Positions 30,437-39,655 are shown, counted from the first letter of the stretch. The stretch is 64,000 bases of DNA from Escherichia coli 042 (GCF_000027125.1 NC_017626.1); one strand, 5' to 3'. Notes: generated from the sequence alone by a model not told the origin. Translations and numbers: made by a program.

Positions 30437-30890
30437 GCAGCAAATCCGACAGGTCTGCCGCCAGTGCATGGACCGCTGCCGGGCGGGTGAAACATGGCCT
30501 CCGGACCTGGCTGAGTTTGTGGCGCTGATTTCAGAAAGCGGGGCCAATCCATTTGGCCTGACGGTGGATGCTGTGATGGAGGAGTACCGCCGCTGGCGTG
30601 ATGAATCCTGGCGATATGACGGAAGCGACAAATATCCGTGGCCTCAGCCTGTGCTGTACCACATCTGCCTCGAAATGCGTACCAGAGGGATTGAGCGCCA
30701 GATGACGCAGGGTGAGTTAAAACGACTTGCGGAACGGCAACTGACGAAATGGGCAAAGCATGTTGGTAACGGGATGAGTGTTCCGCCAGTGCGACGACAA
30801 CTGGAAGGGGCGAAACACCCGCAAGGGCCAACGCCAATTGAACGGCTGAAACAGGAATACGAACGCCGGAAGGCAGCTGGTTTTATTTGA
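30225..30890 (+). CDS. lambda P-like replication protein (helicase loader family), 221 aa
   Basis: C-terminal half resembles lambda P (YDGSDKYPWPQP..., ...ELKRLAERQLTKWAKHV...); ATG with AGGGGG Shine-Dalgarno; overlaps the initiator 3' end out of frame. Confidence 0.65.
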   Translation: MQQHQVAPHHGQFRKFGQHVSSGNVKTDLSATETVWKLWELMGEVYSNRWTQKNGAAPSKLWIAQIGAMTEQQIRQVCRQCMDRCRAGETWPPDLAEFVALISESGANPFGLTVDAVMEEYRRWRDESWRYDGSDKYPWPQPVLYHICLEMRTRGIERQMTQGELKRLAERQLTKWAKHVGNGMSVPPVRRQLEGAKHPQGPTPIERLKQEYERRKAAGFI

Positions 30891-30923
30891 ATCTGAGAAA
30901 CGATTTTGTCGGAGGAAATTTTA

Positions 30924-31694
30924 ATGGAAACCGTATTTGACGCACTGAAAGCAATGGGAAAAGCCACATCGGTAGAACTGGCCGCGCGACTTGATATCAG
31001 TCGTGAAGAGGTTCTCAACGAGCTGTGGGAACTCAAAAGAAATGGCGTCGTTGATAAAACTGGTCACACCTGGTTTCTGGCTGGCGAAGGTGAATCCCGG
31101 GTAACCGAAGAGCGGCCAGTAAAATCTGAAGCACAGGATATGCTGACCGGGGAGGTCGAACAAAAAGTTACCGCAGACATGATGATTGAGTTTATCGGTC
31201 AGGATGGTGCTAAAACGTGTGAGGAACTGGCGGGTAAGTTCGGCGTCAGTACTCGCAAGGTTGCCTCCACGCTGGCGGTGGTAACCGCAACGGGGCGGCT
31301 GGCACGCGTTAATCAGAACGATAAATTTCGTTACTGCATGCCGGGCGATAATTTACCAGCAGAGCCGAAAGCCGCGCTGGTAACGGAAAGTGATGGTAAG
31401 GCCTTTCCTCAGCCAGCAGGTGCTGCGTTACCAGTCCGGGAAGCCGCAACACAGGAAGAAATTAAAACAGAAACTGTGGCGGACATTGTGCAGCCGTTGC
31501 CATCGTTTACCGAAACGCAAGCAGATGAGCTGATTTTTCCGTCCCTTCGCAGGGCAAACCTGGCGCTGCGCAGGGCGAAAAGTGATGTTCAGAAGTGGGA
31601 GCGAGTCTGCGCCGCGCTGCGGGAGGTGAACAAGCACCGGGATATTGTTCGACAGATTACTGATTCTTCCCGCCGTGTTGTATCGGAAAAGTGA
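30924..31694 (+). CDS. hypothetical protein (256 aa), predicted winged-helix at N-terminus
   Basis: internal ATG with GGAGG Shine-Dalgarno. Confidence 0.65.
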   Translation: METVFDALKAMGKATSVELAARLDISREEVLNELWELKRNGVVDKTGHTWFLAGEGESRVTEERPVKSEAQDMLTGEVEQKVTADMMIEFIGQDGAKTCEELAGKFGVSTRKVASTLAVVTATGRLARVNQNDKFRYCMPGDNLPAEPKAALVTESDGKAFPQPAGAALPVREAATQEEIKTETVADIVQPLPSFTETQADELIFPSLRRANLALRRAKSDVQKWERVCAALREVNKHRDIVRQITDSSRRVVSEK

Positions 31695-31709
31695 TTGCCG
31701 GAGGCGCTT

Positions 31710-32102
31710 ATGGCAAAAGTATTTACACCAGAAGAGCGGGAAGAAGTGAAGGCGCGCATTGTGGAATTCGTGCGCCTGAGCGGACGAGAAACTTTTCGAC
31801 AACTGGCAGATAAAACGGGTGTCAGTAAGACCGCTATTCGTCGTTTATCTGGTGCGCTTGCGGCCAGTGGTGATGTCTGGCTCTCTGGTTGCGGGGTATT
31901 TCCATCAGAGCAGGCGTATCGCGTATGGCGTAAGACACCGGAGAAGGCTGCTGACCCGACACTGATTCGAAAGTTACCTGACGGAGAAATACGTCGTTAC
32001 AACAGACGGCAGAACATAATTTGTCGTGAGTGCCGCCAGAGCGAAGTTATGCAGCGTGTGCTGGCGTTCTATCGGGGAAACTTTCAGGAGGTGATGGAGT
32101 GA
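31710..32102 (+). CDS. hypothetical protein (130 aa)
   Basis: ATG with GGAGG Shine-Dalgarno. Confidence 0.6.
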   Translation: MAKVFTPEEREEVKARIVEFVRLSGRETFRQLADKTGVSKTAIRRLSGALAASGDVWLSGCGVFPSEQAYRVWRKTPEKAADPTLIRKLPDGEIRRYNRRQNIICRECRQSEVMQRVLAFYRGNFQEVME

Positions 32103-32395
32103 GGGTCAGAGTTTATATTGCCGGTCCAATGACGGGATATGAAAATTTCAACCGTGAGGCGTTTCACAAGGCGGAAGAGGAACTGAAACGGGAAGGGCAT
32201 ACCGTCTTAAACCCGGCAGTACTTCCGGACGGGCTGACACAGCCGCACTACATGGATATTTGCATGGCAATGATTCGTTGTGTGGATGCGATTTACATGC
32301 TGAATGGCTGGCAGCGGTCAGCGGGCGCTAAGGCAGAGCTGGCACTGGCGGAGAAACTGGGGCATGCAGTGATTTATCAGGAGGTGGCTCAATGA
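32099..32395 (+). CDS. DUF4406-like protein (nucleoside 2-deoxyribosyltransferase-like fold), 98 aa
   Basis: GTG start after AGGAGG; VYIAGPMTG motif. Confidence 0.55.
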   Translation: MRVRVYIAGPMTGYENFNREAFHKAEEELKREGHTVLNPAVLPDGLTQPHYMDICMAMIRCVDAIYMLNGWQRSAGAKAELALAEKLGHAVIYQEVAQ

Positions 32396-32853
32396 GAGAG
32401 GTTAACTATGAGGCGCTTCGTGAGGCAGCACAAAACTATCAGTCGACGCTGGCGTGGTATCAGGCTATCCCGGACAGCCCAAATGCTGAACGGGATTGTG
32501 ATGCGGCTCTTGCTGCGTTTAAGCGTCACATCCGTCATCGGGAAGCGGATATTATCGCTGATTTGCTGGATGGACTGGAAGAAGCAAAATCACAACTCAA
32601 AGAGCAGCGTGAGTATTACGAAGGCGTTATCTCTGATGGGAGCAAGCGTATTGCTGAACTGGAAGCGCGGGAAGTTCAATTACCGACTCGCTACGACCTT
32701 CGATATGGACACCCGATAAATGCAGATGAGCGACATGTCATGATACCTAAAGAAAATGGCAGTTGGCTTTACCTGATTGACTTAGAACACGCATTACGCG
32801 TCGCTGGCATTCGCATCAAAGGAGAGGAGCATGGAAATAAAACCAGAGGATGA
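32392..32853 (+). CDS. hypothetical nin-region protein (153 aa)
   Basis: ATG with AGGAGG; ATGA overlap with upstream gene. Confidence 0.6.
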   Translation: MREVNYEALREAAQNYQSTLAWYQAIPDSPNAERDCDAALAAFKRHIRHREADIIADLLDGLEEAKSQLKEQREYYEGVISDGSKRIAELEAREVQLPTRYDLRYGHPINADERHVMIPKENGSWLYLIDLEHALRVAGIRIKGEEHGNKTRG

Positions 32854-33187
32854 GTTAAGCAATATCGTTTTATTTCCGGTAAAAGAGGATGACCCTCGTA
32901 ATCAGGTTAATTTTCTTTATGAGCCATCGGAAAGACCATATTGTCATCACGCCTCTGTTCGGGTTGACGAAAAAGAGCGTCAGGTCCGCTGTAAAATCTG
33001 CGGTGCAGTTGTGGAGCCGTTTGACTGGATGCTCTCTGTGGCGAAAAGAGAAACCAGACTGGCAGATGATGTAAGGCTATTGCGCCAGGAGGAACAGGAA
33101 AGGCGGAAAAATATAGAAAAGTTAATTCAGATTGAGCGTAACGCGAAAGCGCGGATATGCAGGGCGACAAAATCCAGAACTGAATAA
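32831..33187 (+). CDS. hypothetical protein with putative zinc ribbon (118 aa)
   Basis: C..H...CxxC spacing; GGAGAGGAG Shine-Dalgarno. Confidence 0.6.
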   Translation: MEIKPEDELSNIVLFPVKEDDPRNQVNFLYEPSERPYCHHASVRVDEKERQVRCKICGAVVEPFDWMLSVAKRETRLADDVRLLRQEEQERRKNIEKLIQIERNAKARICRATKSRTE

Positions 33188-33282
33188 TTAAATTTAGCAC
33201 TGTAAATAAAATCAAATCCTTAACCGGAGGGATTTCTGCACCCTCAGAACATCAGGAGGCCGTCCGAAAGGGCGGTAGTGAA

Positions 33283-33465
33283 ATGCGAAAATTCAAAATA
33301 ATTATTGAAACGGGAATAGCCGGTGGAGATTTCGAGGATGAATTCGAAGTGGATGATGATGCAACACCAGATGAAATACAGGATGAAGCTAAAGATATTT
33401 TCTTTAACTACTGCAATTACTCATACCACGAAATAAAAGACGAAGAGGAAGAACAAAATGGCTGA
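33283..33465 (+). CDS. small highly acidic protein (60 aa)
   Basis: about 19 of 60 residues are D/E; GGAGG Shine-Dalgarno. Confidence 0.55.
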   Translation: MRKFKIIIETGIAGGDFEDEFEVDDDATPDEIQDEAKDIFFNYCNYSYHEIKDEEEEQNG

Positions 33466-33634
33466 TTTTGGTTCAACTAAATATAACGCCAGTTTTGAAG
33501 AATGGCATGAACTGTTAATGGATTATGCAGAGTTACGCGGTGGAAGTGCCGCTGATGCTGAAGCATGGCGTGATGATTATGAAGCAGGGAAAACACCGGT
33601 CGAAGCATATTGTGATGAGTGGGGCGATGAATGA
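33458..33634 (+). CDS. small acidic protein (58 aa)
   Basis: manual translation; overlapping start and stop codons with both neighbours. Confidence 0.45.
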   Translation: MADFGSTKYNASFEEWHELLMDYAELRGGSAADAEAWRDDYEAGKTPVEAYCDEWGDE

Positions 33635-33990
33635 GCGAGATTAATTATCAGGAAGGGCATGAAAAGGTAGGGCAGGCAAAACCAGTGGCATGGCGATATC
33701 GCTACGTGAAAAAAGGCGTTACAGACTTTCAGGGGAAGCAGTGGGTTGGTGACTGGAAATATGTCCCGACAAAAGAGGATTGTAACGACAGACCAAACTA
33801 TGAAATTCAGGCGTTATTCACGGCCCCGCCAGCTTCGGTGACATCAGAAGGACTGGTTAAAGCTGTGCGCTTTTATGAACAGGTACGGCGTGAGGATCCG
33901 CCAGTTGAAACCGGAGCATGGAAAGACGCTATTGACTGGGTACTCAAGGAGGCCTGCCTGGTTGTAAACACGGGCATCAAAGGAGGCTGA
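33631..33990 (+). CDS. hypothetical protein (119 aa)
   Basis: ORF translationally coupled to upstream gene. Confidence 0.6.
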   Translation: MSEINYQEGHEKVGQAKPVAWRYRYVKKGVTDFQGKQWVGDWKYVPTKEDCNDRPNYEIQALFTAPPASVTSEGLVKAVRFYEQVRREDPPVETGAWKDAIDWVLKEACLVVNTGIKGG

Positions 33991-34206
33991 ATGGGTATTG
34001 CCGCAAGTTATACCATGCATCTCTATTGTGATTGCCGCCAGTGTACGGATGGCAAATATCAGTCGCCAGATTTTGGTGAGTATATCGGTACGTCATGGGC
34101 TGGCTGTGCAAAAGAGGCACGTAAAGATGGGTGGCGAATAAGTGCCGACAAAACGCGTGCTTTTGCGCCAGGGCATAAAATTTTGAGGAGCAACAAAGGA
34201 GAGTGA
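33991..34206 (+). CDS. hypothetical Cys-rich small protein (71 aa)
   Basis: AGGAGG Shine-Dalgarno. Confidence 0.55.
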   Translation: MGIAASYTMHLYCDCRQCTDGKYQSPDFGEYIGTSWAGCAKEARKDGWRISADKTRAFAPGHKILRSNKGE

Positions 34207-34207
34207 T

Positions 34208-34426
34208 GTGCCTACATTATTCAGAAAAGAATATCCGCGAAAAAGTAGAGCGACAGAATTTTTGTTTCTCATTCTGTTTATCGTGTTGATGATACCGATA
34301 TCCCCGTTAATTCTGGTATGGGGAATCGGAAAAATAATTGAGCCAGTTATTGAATTGTATAACGACGTGGTATGGGCTCCGTTCAACACACTGCACAATA
34401 AAATTAATCCGTATAAGGAAAACTGA
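34208..34426 (+). CDS. small membrane protein (72 aa, GTG start)
   Basis: hydrophobic core FLFLILFIVLMIPISPLILVWGIG; AAGGAG Shine-Dalgarno. Confidence 0.5.
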   Translation: MPTLFRKEYPRKSRATEFLFLILFIVLMIPISPLILVWGIGKIIEPVIELYNDVVWAPFNTLHNKINPYKEN

Positions 34427-34427
34427 T

Positions 34428-34691
34428 ATGGCAACTTTGACAAAAAAAGAACAGGCATGGTTGAACGAATTACAGGACGTTCTTGATCGCTGTCCATCAC
34501 CGAAAAAAATTGGTTTTTACACCATTGGCGATAAAAGCATTTACCTGTATGACCTGCGCCGCATGGATGAAATCATGGAGGCTCTTGATAATCGTTCGTC
34601 AATGGATTGGTGTGTTGCTGTCCATGATATGAATGCAGGGTTTGATGAAAAGATTTTGTTCCCCTCATCAGTTGAAAGCACTGCGGGTTAA
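34428..34691 (+). CDS. hypothetical protein (87 aa)
   Basis: internal ATG of listed ORF with AAGGAA Shine-Dalgarno. Confidence 0.55.
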   Translation: MATLTKKEQAWLNELQDVLDRCPSPKKIGFYTIGDKSIYLYDLRRMDEIMEALDNRSSMDWCVAVHDMNAGFDEKILFPSSVESTAG

Positions 34692-34701
34692 GGAGTAACA
34701 C

Positions 34702-34869
34702 ATGACCACTATTACCAAAGAACGTATTGAATTGTTCATTAAAAACCCGCTTGAAAACGGGCTTACCCGTGGTGAACAAATGGAACTGGCACGGATTGCG
34801 CTGGCATCGCTGGAAGCAGAGCCGGTTGTGTTCTGGTTTGAAAAATATCAAGAAGGGGCTACGGCATGA
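34702..34869 (+). CDS. hypothetical small protein (55 aa)
   Basis: manual translation; AAGGAG Shine-Dalgarno; ATGA overlap with next gene; shares an IAL.SL.AEP motif with the next protein. Confidence 0.5.
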   Translation: MTTITKERIELFIKNPLENGLTRGEQMELARIALASLEAEPVVFWFEKYQEGATA

Positions 34870-35210
34870 CGACTTTTACCAGAGAGCAGTTAATAGCTCA
34901 CGCAGAGGAGACTATTGAAGCACAGAGACTGTGCATACCGGGCACAATCGACCATGACATCATCCGCACATATAAGATGGATATTGCTGTTCTGGAAATC
35001 GCACTGGTATCGCTGGCAGCAGAGCCAGCCGGTAAATTGCATGAATACAAACCAGTGGGATATCAGCGTCTGGTCGATGAGTTAACCATGCTGGTAAAGC
35101 AGTTAACCTGGCAACTGAGGAAAGCGAAGCCAGACTGCAAATTACCGGATAAGGCGATGAGTTATCTGGAGCGGAACGGACTGATAAGCGTGGAGGATAT
35201 TTTACGATGA
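34866..35210 (+). CDS. hypothetical protein (114 aa)
   Basis: ORF translationally coupled to neighbours. Confidence 0.6.
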   Translation: MTTFTREQLIAHAEETIEAQRLCIPGTIDHDIIRTYKMDIAVLEIALVSLAAEPAGKLHEYKPVGYQRLVDELTMLVKQLTWQLRKAKPDCKLPDKAMSYLERNGLISVEDILR

Positions 35211-35290
35211 CCTGGCCTGAAGCATTAACAACGGTAGGAATTGCGATGGCGGTGGCGCTGGTGGTGTATTCGATTTGCCGCTGGGGATAA
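35207..35290 (+). CDS. 27-aa hydrophobic peptide ([27 protein letters not shown])
   Basis: manual translation; GGAGG 10 nt upstream; ATGA overlap with upstream stop. Confidence 0.35.
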   Translation: MTWPEALTTVGIAMAVALVVYSICRWG

Positions 35291-35501
35291 AAACGGTTTG
35301 CGGGAAAAGGAGAGTTAAGTAGAATTGCAGCGGGTGCTTGAGGCTATCTGTCTCAGGCATGAACACCAAAAGGCAGATAGAGAAAAGCCCCAGTTAACAT
35401 TACGCGTCCGGCAAGACGCTTAACATTAATCTGAGGCCATATCTATGCTCTACACACGTAGGTTAGCCTCTTACGTGCCGAAAGGCAAGGAGAAGCAGGC
35501 T

Positions 35502-35657
35502 ATGAAGCAGCAAAAGGCGATGCTAATCGCCCTGATCGTCATCTGTTTAACCGTCATTGTGACGGCACTGGTAACGAGGAAAGACCTCTGCGAGGTACGA
35601 ATCCGAACCGGCCAGACGGAGGTCGCTGTCTTCACAGCTTACGAACCTGAGGAGTAA
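35502..35657 (+). CDS. hok: Hok/Gef-family type I toxin (51 aa), HokD/RelF-like
   Basis: MKQQKAMLIALIVICLTVIVTALVTRKDLCEVRIRTGQTEVAVFTAYEPEE matches the Hok family signature. Confidence 0.8.
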   Translation: MKQQKAMLIALIVICLTVIVTALVTRKDLCEVRIRTGQTEVAVFTAYEPEE

Positions 35658-35726
35658 GAGACCCGGCGGGGGAGTAATCTCCCGCCACCTCTGATGTGCC
35701 AGGCATCCTCAACGCACCCGCACTTA

Positions 35727-35746
35727 ACCCGCTTCGGCGGGTTTTT
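35727..35746 (+). terminator. intrinsic terminator after hok (copy 1 of a duplicated terminator)
   Basis: cccgc ttcg gcggg ttttt. Confidence 0.7.
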
Positions 35747-35822
35747 GCATTAGTCTGGTTGACAAAAATAGAAAAATGCGAAAATATGTGGTTTACGAAT
35801 TCTAAAAAAAGCGAAACTTGAA

Positions 35823-36473
35823 ATGAATGAAAATCAGTTAGCTCCTTGTTGGGAATTTCAACCTTATCTTGCTGAAAACTATGTTCGCCACTTGTTGGCG
35901 GAGATCGCTAACGTACTTGAGCAGCTGTACTATCATAAGCACGCATTAGACAGCAACTGGTCTGAAGGTGTAAGGGCTTATGATTGGGTCAGAAATCATC
36001 TTATTCAAAATGAAGATGCAATTCCTGGCCTTGAGATGATTTCCAAGGGGTTGGACTATGTAGTTGCTTTAAATAAAGTTCCGCTACAATTTACCAAAGA
36101 TTGCATTAATAACCCCAAAAAGAAACATCGTCTGCGTCGAAATAAAGTAGAGTATGAGCAGCTCTCATTGTTTGGTGATGTTGAGGCTGAGCAAGATATT
36201 ACATGGCGAGTCATAGCTGAGCCTTTTTTATCCGAAGAGGGCGATGGTGAATTAGAGTCCACACTGCCTCGTTGGGAGGTAGCTCTTGTTGGATTTAATA
36301 CTTATGGTGCTCAGATTAGTATAGTTTCTCATCAATCTACAGCATCGATGCCGCTTATGCCTCTTGATTATAACACACTCCCTGACGAAGCGGAGATTAA
36401 TAAGGTGCCTCTTCGTCGGCGTACGAAGGATAAAGATTTGGATGTGAGCAGTGATGGAACATCAGGTGAATAA
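35823..36473 (+). CDS. hypothetical protein (216 aa), first gene of a low-GC two-gene cassette
   Basis: ORF after TTGACA-containing promoter-like sequence; no motif recognised by eye. Confidence 0.7.
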   Translation: MNENQLAPCWEFQPYLAENYVRHLLAEIANVLEQLYYHKHALDSNWSEGVRAYDWVRNHLIQNEDAIPGLEMISKGLDYVVALNKVPLQFTKDCINNPKKKHRLRRNKVEYEQLSLFGDVEAEQDITWRVIAEPFLSEEGDGELESTLPRWEVALVGFNTYGAQISIVSHQSTASMPLMPLDYNTLPDEAEINKVPLRRRTKDKDLDVSSDGTSGE

Positions 36474-37557
36474 CTTCACTGAGTATCGGGGTGATAAGCT
36501 CAAACTAGCGAGAATGGCTGTTGGGCTTTCTTGTGAAGAGTTAGCCGAAAAAATTGGCAAGACAAAGCAATTCGTTAGCAAACTGGAGAAGGGGTGCAGG
36601 CCATCGGAGCAATGTCTTGAGTTAATATCTTCAGCGCTTATGATTAAGTCCAGTTTTCTTTTTACTGAACGAAAATACGCTCTGGAAAGTGATGTCTGCC
36701 ATTTTCGGAGTAAGAAGTCCAGGACTCAAACGCTGACTAATAGTGTATTGGCCAGGGCTGAGATTCTTAATATTATAATTTCTGCTGTTGAAGGTGAAAT
36801 CGAATTTCCTGACGTTAACATACCGGAGCACCCAGGGGCTGAATTACTTACTCCGAATGATATTGAGCGAGTGGCAGAAGATTGTCGCCGTGCCTGGAAT
36901 TTAGGTCTTGGCCCTATATCATCAATGGTTAAATTGGCGGAGAGTTTAGGGGTAATCGTTGCGCATGTTACGGGAGTCGATGATCGTGTTGATGCTTTTA
37001 CTGTTCACAATAACAGGCCTGTTATCATCAGGAACAATGTTAAAAAAAGCATATGTAGATTTCGCTCTGATTTAGGTCATGAATTAGGGCATTTAGTAAT
37101 GCATGAGGGCATAACGACAGGTGATAAACTTACGGAATCACAAGCCGATCACTTTTCGAGCGCCTTATTAGTTCCCAGGTTATCTTTCATTAAAGAATTT
37201 CCACGAATACGAGGTAAGCAATTCGACTGGAATGCTCTGGTTGAATTTAAACTTAGATGGAAAATCAGCCTTAAAATGTGTATTTATCGAGCCAGCGCAT
37301 TAGGCTTATTGACCCAGGAACAGGCAAGAACTGGCTATATGCATCTTAATTCCAGAGGGTATACGAGAGTTGAACCTGGTGATGAACTTTTGCGCCCTGA
37401 AGAACCCGGCATGCTGGCCGAGGCGATTGAAATGCTGGATGATGCAACCTGGCTAAGAATTCTTATGAAAACTGGCTTGAGCCAAGATTTAATTCGTGAG
37501 TTGTTCTCCATCAACAGACCTATTACAAATCCAAGAAATATTTTCCAGATTGTTTGA
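36454..37557 (+). CDS. fused XRE-family HTH / ImmA-IrrE (COG2856-type) zinc metallopeptidase (367 aa)
   Basis: N-terminal HTH (LSCEELAEKIGKTKQFVSKLEKG) and HExxH motif HELGHLVMHE; overlaps upstream gene by about 20 nt. Confidence 0.8.
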   Translation: MEHQVNNFTEYRGDKLKLARMAVGLSCEELAEKIGKTKQFVSKLEKGCRPSEQCLELISSALMIKSSFLFTERKYALESDVCHFRSKKSRTQTLTNSVLARAEILNIIISAVEGEIEFPDVNIPEHPGAELLTPNDIERVAEDCRRAWNLGLGPISSMVKLAESLGVIVAHVTGVDDRVDAFTVHNNRPVIIRNNVKKSICRFRSDLGHELGHLVMHEGITTGDKLTESQADHFSSALLVPRLSFIKEFPRIRGKQFDWNALVEFKLRWKISLKMCIYRASALGLLTQEQARTGYMHLNSRGYTRVEPGDELLRPEEPGMLAEAIEMLDDATWLRILMKTGLSQDLIRELFSINRPITNPRNIFQIV

Positions 37558-37561
37558 GTAT

Positions 37562-37582
37562 ACCCGCTTCGGCGGGTTTTTT
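37562..37582 (+). terminator. intrinsic terminator (copy 2, identical core to 35727-35746)
   Basis: acccgcttcggcgggtttttt. Confidence 0.7.
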
Positions 37583-37714
37583 GTTTTTATTTTCAACGTG
37601 TTTGAAGTTTTGGACGGTGCCAGAATAGAATCAAAAATACTTAAGTAGCGCGCAGGGAGAAGAGGGATGGACCCCGAACAGGGGGAGTGCTATTTATCTG
37701 GAAGGATTCTGTTG

Positions 37715-37888
37715 ATGAAAATCGAAGAATTACGTGAAATTTTTAGTGAAGATGGCCTCTATGCTGTGCGCGTTGAGAATGGGGGTATTACCTACACAGC
37801 GTTAATTCCTGATGATCATGTAGTGTTATCTGTTGAGGCATTCATTGAATACTTGGAAAGACTCGGTTTCAAGGTAGTTCGGGAATAA
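37715..37888 (+). CDS. hypothetical small protein (57 aa)
   Basis: internal ATG with GGAAGG upstream. Confidence 0.45.
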   Translation: MKIEELREIFSEDGLYAVRVENGGITYTALIPDDHVVLSVEAFIEYLERLGFKVVRE

Positions 37889-37947
37889 GTTATAATACGT
37901 GAGCCAGCCTGAACAACTGGCAACCTGCAGCGCCATTGGAGATGACA

Positions 37948-38220
37948 ATGGCGCATAATTTCAAATTTCGCAATTCTGATTCTGCCTTTGCCAGCAGGCA
38001 CGGGTGGCGTTCTCACGCATTCAAATATGACTGGTATCAGCACGATCCCTGTACTGAAGAACAGGCCGAATGGCTGATTCATAACTACCGCAGACGTGGA
38101 TATGAGTTTAGGAAAGCCCTCACCCTCGATTATCGTCACTGGATAATCTACGTCAGACTCCCTTATTCCGAACGCCCACCGCGTCCGTCCCGCACATTCC
38201 AGCAACGCATCTGGAGGTAA
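37948..38220 (+). CDS. hypothetical protein (90 aa)
   Basis: ATG 6 nt after GGAG. Confidence 0.5.
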   Translation: MAHNFKFRNSDSAFASRHGWRSHAFKYDWYQHDPCTEEQAEWLIHNYRRRGYEFRKALTLDYRHWIIYVRLPYSERPPRPSRTFQQRIWR

Positions 38221-38221
38221 C

Positions 38222-39268
38222 GTGCGGGTATTACTTCGACCTGTTCTGGTACCGGAACTCGGGCTGGTGATCGTTAAGCCGGGCCGTGAATCCATGCCGG
38301 TATTCCACAATACCCGGGTACTGGTGGAGCCGGAACCGAAAAGCATGCGTAATCTGCCGTCCGGGGTCGTTCCTGCCGTTCGCCAGCCGCTGGCGGAGGA
38401 TAAATCATTACTGCCATTTTTCAGCGACGAACGAGTGATTCGTGCTGCTGGTGGCGCTGGCGCATTGTCTGATTGGTTACTGCGCCATGTTAAATCCTGC
38501 CAGTGGCCACACGGCGATTATCACCACAGTGAAACCGTCATTCACCGTTATGGTACCGGCGCAATGGTGTTGTGCTGGCACTGCGACAACCAGCTGCGCG
38601 ACCAGACCTCCGAATCACTCGGGCAACTTGCTCACCAAAACCTGTCTGCATGGATGATTGACGTCATACGCCATGCAATGAATGGCTCGCAGGAACGGGA
38701 ATTATCGCTGGCTGAATTATCCTGGTGGGCGGTCCGCAATCAGGTGGCGGACGCGCTACCGGAAGCGGTATTACGTCGTTCGCTGGGGTTGCGTGCGGAA
38801 AAAATCCGCTCAATGTACCGTGAAAGCGACATCGTACCGGGAGAGCAGACCGCCACCAGCATACTGAAGCAGCGCACAAAAAATCTTGCGCCGCTGCCTC
38901 ACGCCCACCAGCAAAACCCGCCACAGGAAGAGACGGTGGTCAGCATTGCCGTTGATCCTGAGTCTCCGGAATCTTTCATGAAACGACCTAAACGTCGCCG
39001 CTGGGTTAACGAGAAATACACACGCTGGGTGAAGACACAGCCGTGTGCGTGTTGTGGTAAGCCAGCCGACGATCCCCATCACCTGATTGGTCATGGTCAG
39101 GGCGGAATGGGGACAAAATCTCACGATATTTTCACGCTACCGCTGTGTCGGGAGCATCACAACGAGCTTCATGCGGATCCGCTGGCGTTCGAAGAAAAGC
39201 ATGGTTCTCAGGTTGATTTAATTTTTCGTTTTCTTGATCACGCCTTTGCAACTGGCGTGCTTGGGTAA
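38222..39268 (+). CDS. DUF968-family prophage protein with C-terminal HNH-like zinc motif (348 aa), YdfU-like
   Basis: C-terminus CACCGK...DDPHHLIGHG...LCREHHNELH; GTG start after GGAGG. Confidence 0.7.
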   Translation: MRVLLRPVLVPELGLVIVKPGRESMPVFHNTRVLVEPEPKSMRNLPSGVVPAVRQPLAEDKSLLPFFSDERVIRAAGGAGALSDWLLRHVKSCQWPHGDYHHSETVIHRYGTGAMVLCWHCDNQLRDQTSESLGQLAHQNLSAWMIDVIRHAMNGSQERELSLAELSWWAVRNQVADALPEAVLRRSLGLRAEKIRSMYRESDIVPGEQTATSILKQRTKNLAPLPHAHQQNPPQEETVVSIAVDPESPESFMKRPKRRRWVNEKYTRWVKTQPCACCGKPADDPHHLIGHGQGGMGTKSHDIFTLPLCREHHNELHADPLAFEEKHGSQVDLIFRFLDHAFATGVLG

Positions 39269-39280
39269 AAGAGGTGACTG

Positions 39281-39655
39281 ATGCTCATAGATTTGGTTTT
39301 ACCTTACCCGCCGACGGTGAACACTTACTGGCGACGCCGTGGCAGCACATATTTTATCTCGGAGGAGGGAAAGCGTTATCGCCGGGCTGTGGCGCTTATT
39401 GTTCGCCAGCAGCGGCTGAAATTAAGCCTGTCCGGAAGGCTGGCGATAAAGGTGATTGCAGAGCCACCGGATAAGCGTCGTCGCGACCTGGACAATATCC
39501 TGAAAGCACCGCTGGATGCGCTGACGCATGCGGGAGTGTTAATGGACGATGAGCAGTTTGATGAAATCAATATCGTTCGTGGTCAGCCAGTATCTGGTGG
39601 ACGTCTGGGGGTGAAGATTTACCCCATAATGCTTGAAGGGCAGGTCAAAAAATGA
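39281..39655 (+). CDS. rusA: Holliday junction resolvase RusA family (124 aa)
   Basis: conserved ...PDKRRRDLDNILKAPLDALTHAGV... as in RusA. Confidence 0.85.
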   Translation: MLIDLVLPYPPTVNTYWRRRGSTYFISEEGKRYRRAVALIVRQQRLKLSLSGRLAIKVIAEPPDKRRRDLDNILKAPLDALTHAGVLMDDEQFDEINIVRGQPVSGGRLGVKIYPIMLEGQVKK

